DNA of 64,000 nt. It comes from a virus. The stretch is from the IMG/VR virus record IMGVR_UViG_3300017991_000010, positions 30,029 through 94,028 of that record. One strand, 5' to 3'. The position numbers and the translations under genes are program-made. Under the pieces are notes generated by a model. That model had not been told where the DNA came from. It ran no database searches and saw only the letters and a program-made list of their open reading frames with translations. Of the stretch, positions 56,229-64,000 are shown one piece after another. Each line of letters begins with the position of its first letter. The stretch's first letter is position 1.

Positions 56229-57020
56229 TCATCTCGCCACCTCGTACTGCCCCATCATCCGTCTCCCATACGTGCAGAGGTCGTCGTAAGCGCATCGGCC
56301 GAACCGGCCGTCGCACGCGCCCGACCGTGGATGCGCCCAGGGGTCAACGTCCTTGAGCGCCTCGACCATGCGCAGGTACCAGCAGATCGACCGCGGCATC
56401 TCCTCGAGCATGCGCTCAGGGAACCTGATCGGCTGGCGCCGGAACTCGTGCGCGTCCCCGCTGCCGATGAGGTTGAGCACGAAGCCGCCGTAGGGCAGCC
56501 CGAAGTGCGTCGGCAGCGTCGCACGGCCAATCAGCTCCTGCGTCGCGAGGGACCAGTCCTTGGTCGCTCCTCGCAGACGGTCGGGGATACGCGCTGCGCT
56601 CTTGTGATCCATAATCCAGATTCGGCCACTTCTCTTGTACACCAGGTCGAGCTTTCGCGTCAAGGGCAGCCCACCGAATTTGGCCTCGACCTCGTACTCC
56701 GTCGCCAGGACAACGAAGCTGCGGTCGTTGCCGTAGTGGTCCAAGTAGCGCTGCAACAGCTCCAGTCCCCTGGGGATGCAGTGCGCGAGGCGCTTGGGCG
56801 CCGCCGCGGCCGTCGCTTCGGCCAGGACGCGATTCCGGTTGTTGTTCTGGTAGAACGCCGCGAGCCCGTCGTGGAGCACCGTGCCCGAACCCGTGGCCAT
56901 CTTCTCGACAGCGGGGACGAGGCGCAGGCGCCACCTGTACGCGCCGCGCTGGGCGCACCTGATGTAGTCCGCGAGGCGGTGCCAGCCCGCCCGGGAGGGG
57001 CCTGATACGATCTGTGTCAT
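56229..57020 (-). CDS. Cas4/AddB-like PD-(D/E)xK exonuclease
   Basis: N-terminal Cys, GTVLH, E.E, KLDL, IMDHKS, C-terminal C..C....C. Confidence 0.85.
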   Translation of the reverse strand: MTQIVSGPSRAGWHRLADYIRCAQRGAYRWRLRLVPAVEKMATGSGTVLHDGLAAFYQNNNRNRVLAEATAAAAPKRLAHCIPRGLELLQRYLDHYGNDRSFVVLATEYEVEAKFGGLPLTRKLDLVYKRSGRIWIMDHKSAARIPDRLRGATKDWSLATQELIGRATLPTHFGLPYGGFVLNLIGSGDAHEFRRQPIRFPERMLEEMPRSICWYLRMVEALKDVDPWAHPRSGACDGRFGRCAYDDLCTYGRRMMGQYEVAR

Positions 57021-57741
57021 CGCGTGCACCTCTCGCGCGCCGTGATGACCTTCTCGACTAGCGGTCCGACGATGTGGCGCTCGAGGATCTCGCGCACGGC
57101 CGCACGCTCGGGCATCGGGCCCTCAAAGCCATCGGCTACGTCGACGTGACACCCTTCCTCGGACAGTTGCACGATCCCGATGCACTCGCCTTCGTAGCGC
57201 ACGACGTAGGCGGCGAGAGACGCTGTCGGGCCCACCACCAGCAGATCCTCCTGCAGACTCTTGCGGCACTCGGCCAGCTTCTGGGCCAAGCGGCGCTTGA
57301 TCTCGCGCTGGCGCGCGATCTCGGCGCGGGCCTTCTCGATCGCTACCTCGCGACACTCCCACGCTCGAGTCAAGTCGTGGTAGCGCTCGCGCACGTCACG
57401 CTCCCTGGAGAACTCAGGCATAAGCCAGTAGAGCAGCCCCGCGCCCAGGTCACACAGCTCTCGCACCAGCAGCGCTAGGCGGTTCATCTGGTTGCCTCCT
57501 TGGCGTAGCGCCACTCGGCTAGCTCTTGGATCGCGTCTCTTGCGTCCCGAATCAGCTCTTGCGCGACCTCCCTCTGGGGACGCGTTCTCGCTGCCCGCTC
57601 AGCCTGCAGCGCATCCCACAAGAACACCGCGGGGCAATCAGAGTGCATCCACGCATCCCACTCCCAGGAGAAGGCGTCGCAGCCGTCCATGTAACAGAAC
57701 CAACAGCCGCCCAGATTTGGATCGAGCCTCTTGCGGTTCAT
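57017..57741 (-). other. Two hypothetical genes (57017-57487, 57484-57741)
   Basis: Coupled ORFs. Confidence 0.55.
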
Positions 57742-58196
57742 CGTTCCCCCAGGATCGTGACAGCGTCCTCGACGTCCTCGGGCGTCAGACCCACAGTAGG
57801 GATCGTCTGGACGAAGTGGCCCTCGATCCCAGCGTCGGCGTAGTCGTCCAGGATCACGAACTGCTCGACGTCCTCACCGTGCCCGGCCAGCCACGCTTGG
57901 ATCTCCGAAGCACGCTGGTTGTACGAGATCCGGGGTGTCGCACCGATCACGTCGCCCAGGAAGCCGACCTCCTCGAGTACCTCCTGGAGCCATTCGAGCG
58001 TCGCGCCCTGCCTCCACGAGGAGGAGACCACGACCTGGGCGCCCGTGCGCTCGATGATCTCGTTGACCAGCGCCACGAGGTCGGGGTCGAGCCCCGCCGC
58101 ATACCACGGGATCGACAAGTGGGGCTGATCGTCAGCATCCGGCACCCACGAGGTGCTGTTGATCACGCCATCGAAGTCGAGGAAGATGACCTTCAT
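57738..58196 (-). CDS. HAD-family phosphatase (Swiss-Army-knife RNA-repair type)
   Basis: IFLDFDGV, VVSSSWR, FVILDD. Confidence 0.85.
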   Translation of the reverse strand: MKVIFLDFDGVINSTSWVPDADDQPHLSIPWYAAGLDPDLVALVNEIIERTGAQVVVSSSWRQGATLEWLQEVLEEVGFLGDVIGATPRISYNQRASEIQAWLAGHGEDVEQFVILDDYADAGIEGHFVQTIPTVGLTPEDVEDAVTILGER

Positions 58197-58732
58197 TGCT
58201 TGGCCTCCATGTCCGCCACGATCCGGACGCACTCGTCGACCATGCGGTCCACGTCGACACCCACGTCCGAGAGGTCCTCCTTCATCTCGTCCACGGTCAG
58301 CCCCAGGCTCGCCTCGATGACGAACTTGTCGATGTGCTCGGCCATCTTGCTCGCCAGCTTCCCTGCACAGTGTTGTGCCCAGAGCTTGCGCGCCTCGGGG
58401 ATGGCCCTGTTCGTGCTCGACAGTACCGTGTCGGGGGACACGCCGCGCGCCAGCGCAAGGAACGCAGCCTCTACGTCACCGTTTGGGATCTCGTAGATGG
58501 CCGGCGCCGTCTCGCCGCCACGCCCGCAGCACTCGCAGGTCTCGACGACAGCATCGCTGATCTTGCGCACCGGGAAGGGCACGCCCTCGTCGTTGGTCTG
58601 GTCAACGGTGTGCGACCAGGCGAACTTGGCGCCGCACTCCCGGCAGGTGTCTTTGCCGTCCCAGGCGTAGACGTCGATCTCGTCGTAATGCCCGTGGCGG
58701 CAGATCCTCTGAACGTAGCCCTCGAAGCTCAT
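58193..58732 (-). CDS. Cys-rich hypothetical protein
   Basis: C..GH, CxxC motifs. Confidence 0.6.
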   Translation of the reverse strand: MSFEGYVQRICRHGHYDEIDVYAWDGKDTCRECGAKFAWSHTVDQTNDEGVPFPVRKISDAVVETCECCGRGGETAPAIYEIPNGDVEAAFLALARGVSPDTVLSSTNRAIPEARKLWAQHCAGKLASKMAEHIDKFVIEASLGLTVDEMKEDLSDVGVDVDRMVDECVRIVADMEAKQ

Positions 58733-59958
58733 GACTCGTCCTCCTCGTCGCCCTCGTCGAAGGCAGACACGTTGTCCAGCTGGTTGAACTCGAACCACTC
58801 CTCCTCGTCGTCGCCCTCGTCATAGCGAGAGAAGTCGACCCAGGCTCCGAACTGGCCCACGTCCGTGACGCACCCGACGTGGTTGAACCTGTCCTCGCTC
58901 AGATCGACCACCCGAACGCGGTCGAGCCTCTCGAGGGGCCAGTGCTCGACGTCGCGCGCGACCACGCCGTAGCGATCATCGCCGTCAGTGGTGATCATGA
59001 CCATGTCGGACCTCTCGGGCTTGGCCGAGGTCGCGCGCCCGGTCAGCGGGAGTCCCTGCAGCAGTGCGTGGGGCGCGCGCACTAGATCACCGGCCTTGAA
59101 CTCTGGCTCCTCAAGCGCGTTGAACGCTCCAATGTCTGCGCAGGCCTCTAGCTCACTGGCAGAGTAGCAACAGCCCCTCCCACCGAAGTGCACGCCGTAG
59201 ACAAGCGTCTGCCGGTCCCAATGAATCTGAGTCACCGTACCCAACTCGCCCGCGTAGGCGTTGCCCGCACGAACGCGTACGCCCTGGCCGACCTTGAACT
59301 CCTGCTCATCTGCTTCCATCTGCCTCTTCACGTTCGGATGCTCCCAGTATGGGAGCGTCCTGCACTTCGCGCAGTAGAAGCGGCCGTCCTCAGACTTGAA
59401 CCAGCCCTCGGGCAGCTCAAAGTTGGTCGTCTTGCCGATCGCGCTACATCCCCCGCACTGGTACGTCAGATCTTCGTCCCCCCGCACCGCCGCAGCTACG
59501 GTCTCTCTGAACGCGCGCGACTCCCAGTGGACCGGCGTGAGCCCGCTCGCCGCGCAGTCGCGCGTCGTAGCGCCCCCTCTGCAGTTGCCGAACGACACGG
59601 TACTGTCCGCCCCGCAGTCCTGCAGCACCAGTTTCTCAGACGCGACAGGCCACTGATACCCGCAGTGCTCGCAGCGCAGGTCCGCCTCGTCGAAGGGCAG
59701 GTCCCACGGGCTCTCGCGACGAAACTCGAAGGGCCGGCCCTCCTCGACGGGACGCCAGAAGCCCTCGGCGGGTGTCAGGAGCACGACTGCCTCGCGCGAG
59801 GCGCCGCACTTCGGGCACGTGGGCTCGGGCTTGTCGGCTCGCACGGACTCGAGGCGCGTGCACCCGTCGTAGGGCTCGCAGACCTCGCCGGGCTCGTAGG
59901 GGCACCTGTAGCGGCCGGAGCCGATGGGCTCGGCCTTGGGACACTCGTCACACCTCAT
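58729..59958 (-). CDS. Zn-finger plus tandem SH3/KOW-like repeat protein
   Basis: FKVGQGVRV, FKAGDLVRA, LDRVRVV. Confidence 0.65.
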   Translation of the reverse strand: MRCDECPKAEPIGSGRYRCPYEPGEVCEPYDGCTRLESVRADKPEPTCPKCGASREAVVLLTPAEGFWRPVEEGRPFEFRRESPWDLPFDEADLRCEHCGYQWPVASEKLVLQDCGADSTVSFGNCRGGATTRDCAASGLTPVHWESRAFRETVAAAVRGDEDLTYQCGGCSAIGKTTNFELPEGWFKSEDGRFYCAKCRTLPYWEHPNVKRQMEADEQEFKVGQGVRVRAGNAYAGELGTVTQIHWDRQTLVYGVHFGGRGCCYSASELEACADIGAFNALEEPEFKAGDLVRAPHALLQGLPLTGRATSAKPERSDMVMITTDGDDRYGVVARDVEHWPLERLDRVRVVDLSEDRFNHVGCVTDVGQFGAWVDFSRYDEGDDEEEWFEFNQLDNVSAFDEGDEEDES

Positions 59959-60226
59959 CGTTCCCTCCCAGCACGGCTCTCGCGCGCGTTGCGAAGCGAC
60001 TGAAGGACTGGTCGAACTGGCGCCAGCGCTTGGCGAGGTACTTCGCTGCCGTGCGCAGCTGCTGGTCCGGGCCAGTCCGCCCAGCCTCACACGTTACCCG
60101 CACGATCGCGCGCATCGCCGTGAGCACGTCCCCAGGATGCGCCTCGCCCTCGAGGATGAGACGCGTCACCGGGTTCGGCTCCTTGCGCAGCTCGTCGTGC
60201 AGCTTCTCGGTCAGGGCGTCGCTCAC
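59948..60226 (-). CDS. Hypothetical protein
   Basis: Coupled ORF. Confidence 0.55.
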   Translation of the reverse strand: MSDALTEKLHDELRKEPNPVTRLILEGEAHPGDVLTAMRAIVRVTCEAGRTGPDQQLRTAAKYLAKRWRQFDQSFSRFATRARAVLGGNDEV

Positions 60227-61689
60227 AGTCCGATGCCCTCGCCCCCCTCAGAGGCTGCCTTCGGCGCCAGCATGGCCACCTTGGCGAAGAGGGGCTCCAG
60301 TTGGCCCAGGACCTCGGCGGACAGCTGCGCGGCCTCGCCGGTCATGGCGTAGCTGCACGCGGCCTGGACGCCCCTGGCGTGCGGGACGGTCTCGTGAAAG
60401 GCGTTGGCGGCGATGTGGAGCATCGTGATCAGGAGCGGGATCTCGACCTTCTGCCCGAGCGGCGTCGAGAAGAACTCCGGGTAGGCGTCGCCCGCCTGGG
60501 ACTTGATGAGGTCCCGCACGCCGTGGGCGACCTTCTGCGCGCCGGCGATCTTCACGCCGTCCTTCGCGGCCTCTGCCAACTGCCTCGTGCTCTGCTTCGC
60601 TGCCCTCGTGATCTTCTCCATCGTACTCTCCTCTTTCTCCCCCTCTCGGGGGTTGGTTGCTAGGATCTCGTCGTCTTCGGACGCGTAGTGCTCGAAGCGA
60701 CTCACACTGTACCATCTCATGCTGCCGCTTACTTGGATGCTGTTGAAGGCGCTAACGTCCTCCACCTCCACGACGTCACCCAGGGTCAGGTCGCTATGGT
60801 CGGCGCCGATTACCCGAACGTGCTCGCCATGCTTGAACTTCATCTTGCTCTTCTCCTTCTCGTTCGATCGCGCCGGGCCGGCGACCTTCTGGAGCCATCG
60901 CTCGTCAATGCGGAGACCTCCTCCACGCTCAGTGTGCTCCGCGTCGACAGTCCACCCACTACTCCCATCCCAACGGGTAGCCTGCAGCACCCGGCCCGCA
61001 AGGCCGCTCCACACTCGCACGGCTGAAGACTGGTGGCCCGACACATCGTCCGGCTTGAACACACGCACCCAGTCGCCCTTGACGATGGGCTCGGGGTCGA
61101 GGTCGCCCGGCAGGTATGCCTCCTTGCCGCCCCCGTCGAAGAGCACCACGGGGTACCCGCCCTCGTCCAGCTCTGCCACCGTCCCCGAGCTATGGTGGTA
61201 CGTCTTCACGCGGTCGCCTACCTGGTACCGCGGGGGCTTCTTGTCCGTGGCCGGCGTCAGCCAGCTCTCACGGGCGTAGCAGCGGTTGTCACCCGCAGCC
61301 ACGTAGTAGTTCCAGGTCCGATGGTTGTCACTCCACGCCCTGGACAGGATCTCGCAGGTCTGGCCGTCGAATACGTCCATGTGGTCAGTCCAGGAGGGCC
61401 ACTCGGCGCGGTCACTCGGGCAACTGACGATGACGCACTCGCCGACCTTGAACTTCGCGTCGAGGGTGCCACCATCGATCAGGCGATCCAGCGCGTCGGG
61501 GTCGATCAACTTCCACGTGCGAAAGTCCTGCTGCTGCACGACACCACGTTCCTCGAGCCACCGTGCCGCAGCGCCAAAACGGCTCCAACGGCCGCCCGGG
61601 GCAAAGAACCTCTCCCGCCCAGCCCCGCACTCTGTCCGGCACCACTCCCGGATCGTCTCCAACGCCTCTCGATCAGGTCTCTCCGTCAT
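60223..61689 (-). CDS. Tandem SH3/KOW-like repeat protein
   Basis: FKVGECVIV, YQVGDRVK, VKGDWVRV, FKHGEHVRV. Confidence 0.7.
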   Translation of the reverse strand: MTERPDREALETIREWCRTECGAGRERFFAPGGRWSRFGAAARWLEERGVVQQQDFRTWKLIDPDALDRLIDGGTLDAKFKVGECVIVSCPSDRAEWPSWTDHMDVFDGQTCEILSRAWSDNHRTWNYYVAAGDNRCYARESWLTPATDKKPPRYQVGDRVKTYHHSSGTVAELDEGGYPVVLFDGGGKEAYLPGDLDPEPIVKGDWVRVFKPDDVSGHQSSAVRVWSGLAGRVLQATRWDGSSGWTVDAEHTERGGGLRIDERWLQKVAGPARSNEKEKSKMKFKHGEHVRVIGADHSDLTLGDVVEVEDVSAFNSIQVSGSMRWYSVSRFEHYASEDDEILATNPREGEKEESTMEKITRAAKQSTRQLAEAAKDGVKIAGAQKVAHGVRDLIKSQAGDAYPEFFSTPLGQKVEIPLLITMLHIAANAFHETVPHARGVQAACSYAMTGEAAQLSAEVLGQLEPLFAKVAMLAPKAASEGGEGIGL

Positions 61690-62877
61690 TGGTCTCCTCC
61701 AAGGCCCCGCCGGCCACGATGGCCGGCTCCAACATTATCGTGAACGGCGCTTCGAGTAAAGGGCAATCGCCCGAGGACCCGTGTAGGGGGATCTTCCCCG
61801 GGCCCGCTGGGTGCCTGCACCAGGCGCGCGCGAAGGTCGCCTGCCTGAGCGGGCAGCCCCGACATCGGGACACGACGACCCGGCGCTTGAGGCTGTCGTG
61901 CGGGGGGCGTCCCTTGCGCGGGGGCATCAGTTCTCCTCCTCGTCCCAGATCGCGTAGTCAGCCATCACTCCTCCGGCGACCACGACACGACGGCCAACAG
62001 CTCGCAGGACTCGACGCGCTTGGCCGCGTCCCACAGACGCTGCGCCTCGTCGCGGGCCTCGTGCACGGTCTGGGTCGCGAACTCATAGACCACGCGCATG
62101 CCCTCACGCTCCTCGATCACGAAGCGGTACGATCTCATTCCGCGTCCCTTTCTGCTACAAGCCGATCGATTTCGGCCTCTGCGCGCTCGACCGATCGCGT
62201 TATGCGTGCGATGGCCGCCCGGCTCTCGCTCAGGATGGTGCGTTGGTTGTCGATGGCCTGCTCGAACGCGCCCTCTCTTGAGGCGAAAGCGCGAAACCCC
62301 ATCTCGTACCAGAGATCGGTCTGGGTGCAGCGCACCGAGCACTCGTCCTCCGGGTCTACCTCCGCGATCGTGGTCCGCACGTCCCCGTCCGCGGTGATGA
62401 TCCACATCGGCACGCGCTTGGCCGCGATCGCGTTTTCGCACCTGGCGCAATAGGCAGCCTTGCGTGTCATCCTTGCTCCTCCACCAGCCTCTTGCGCGCT
62501 GCCTCGAGCCACTTGATCTTGCGCTCGCAGGACGCGATCAGGCCGCGATTGTACGTGAGGTCCGCGTCGATCCAGCTGACTGCGGCAGCAACGGCCTCCT
62601 CACGCGTCGCGTAGTGGCACTCTGCTGCGTCCTCGCCGTTGATGGGCCAGAACACCTGATCATCAGGGTGGTCGTCGGGATGGTCGAGTGTGCCCTCACG
62701 CTCCACGACCTCGTAGCTCTCCAATCCCTCCCCGATGATCCAGCGCTTGATCACCTTGGGGTTGAGCATCACGGCCCAGCCGGTCTTGGCCGAGAGCTTG
62801 TCCGACGCGCACTGCGCGCAGTAGTGGCGGTCTTTGATGATCGTGGTTGCGTGCGCCCCACAGCTGCAGAGTCTCAT
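61673..62877 (-). other. Four small hypothetical genes (61673-61927, 61965-62138, 62135-62470, 62467-62877)
   Basis: Coupled ORFs with SD sequences. Confidence 0.55.
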
Positions 62878-64000
62878 TCCGATCGCTCCTTCCCGTTGCG
62901 CATGGCCCAGTCGTAGCCCCGCTTGCACCGGTCCTGCCACTGCACCCCGGTTTGGCCCTCGTCACCCACCGAGCACCGCAGCACGGGCCCGGTCCGCTGC
63001 TCGAGCGTCAGCCCGAGACACTTGGCGCCAGTCCCCTCGGGCCGGCACAGGTAGGGGCAGGGCGGGTGCTCGTCGTCGCCTCCGCAGGTGCGGAGGGGGC
63101 GGACAGCGTGCTCCATCTCGCTGACGGTGTACCAGAAGACCTTCGGATCTTGTCCGTCGGCGAGAGCCACCAGAAGCATGCCACCGTCAATCTCGCGGAT
63201 CACGCCGCTGCGCACCCGGTGCGACCCGCCCTGGTTGAAGCACTGCACGTAGTCTCCGACCTCAAACTGCTGCCGCTTTCGGTGCAGCACCAGTTCACGG
63301 CCTGGCACGGCGTCGTATGGGGTGCACGCGTCGGCGCCGATGTCGCCCAGGCCGCATGTGTCGTGGGACACGACGACCACCTGACGAACGCGGCCTTCGT
63401 GCACGACCAGATCGCCCAGTTCGAAGGCGTGCTCGTCCTCGGGGGGCGCGTCCTCGATCGCGCGCAGGTCTTTGGCCTGGCCCCAGAAACGCTCGTGCTC
63501 GTTGTCGAGAAAATAGATGCACACGCCGTCCTCGCGCCACTTACGCCCCACGACCTCGAACTTTTCCCGCGCCGATCGGACGAACTGGCCGACCTCGAAG
63601 ACAGGGGCCTCGACGCGCATGAGATCGCTGCCACGGCGAAAGGCTGCGCCCGTGAGCGTTTTCACGAACCAGCGGCCGTCGGGCATGCGCATGGTGATCT
63701 CGCCCTCCTGACCGTCGAACTTGCCCCTGAACACGCGCACCCAGTCTCCGGCCTTGAGCGCACCCAGCGCGCTGGCCTTCTCCGCCGGCGGGGCGACCTC
63801 GCGGAAGCCATCAAGCCCGCCGGTCACAGCCCACTTTTCGCCGGTCTCCCAGTCGATGATCGCGGCGCCTGCCTCGACAGCACGGAAGTGGCCAATTGGA
63901 GCGTGTCCGATCTCACGCACCCAGTCCCCGACGCCGAAGGGATCTTCGTGGAGGTTCCCGGGATTGGCCTTGAAGATCCGATCGTCGCTGCCGCCCTCGC
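62874..64000 (-). CDS. Tandem SH3/KOW-like repeat protein (5' end outside the window)
   Basis: FGVGDWVR, LKAGDWVRV, FEVGQFVR, FELGDLVV, FEVGDYVQ; frame open to the window edge. Confidence 0.7.
   Translation of the reverse strand, partial: EGGSDDRIFKANPGNLHEDPFGVGDWVREIGHAPIGHFRAVEAGAAIIDWETGEKWAVTGGLDGFREVAPPAEKASALGALKAGDWVRVFRGKFDGQEGEITMRMPDGRWFVKTLTGAAFRRGSDLMRVEAPVFEVGQFVRSAREKFEVVGRKWREDGVCIYFLDNEHERFWGQAKDLRAIEDAPPEDEHAFELGDLVVHEGRVRQVVVVSHDTCGLGDIGADACTPYDAVPGRELVLHRKRQQFEVGDYVQCFNQGGSHRVRSGVIREIDGGMLLVALADGQDPKVFWYTVSEMEHAVRPLRTCGGDDEHPPCPYLCRPEGTGAKCLGLTLEQRTGPVLRCSVGDEGQTGVQWQDRCKRGYDWAMRNGKERSE

Noticed and set aside
56229-57020. Cas4-like gene as part of a CRISPR-Cas system
   Set aside because: No cas1/cas2 or array; the context is phage recombination

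Overview
The window is a dense, high-GC part of a bacterial virus or provirus genome. It shows no host housekeeping genes, rRNA, tRNA or CRISPR. The + strand block at 273-24505 looks like the virion module of a tailless virus with an internal membrane. It starts with a protamine-like membrane protein, then three tandem ~200-aa beta-rich proteins (single-jelly-roll-like by inference), four C-terminally anchored membrane proteins, a J-domain protein and duplicated beta-helix spikes. A glycan cluster is interleaved with these genes: four GT2-type enzymes, a GT4, a methyltransferase, a sulfotransferase and UDP-sulfoquinovose synthase. No terminase, portal, HK97 capsid or tail genes are visible. 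Next come a tyrosine recombinase and a leftward run of small genes (24596-34583) behind a sigma54-type promoter. At 34785-38250 a modular basic polyprotein punctuated by K/R-Asn motifs is flanked by two paralogous caspase-fold-like (HG...C) proteins. Lysis-type genes and an isolated second copy of the putative major capsid gene follow. The long - strand replication arm (42000-64000) encodes a UDG-PolA fusion, an SSB, a Sak4-like ATPase, a Cas4-like nuclease, a Rad50-like ATPase, a phosphoesterase, an adenine MTase, an AAA+ ATPase, a HAD phosphatase and SH3/KOW-repeat proteins. All functional calls come from motif recognition by eye, and no searches were run. A Myxococcota-like host is only weakly inferred.
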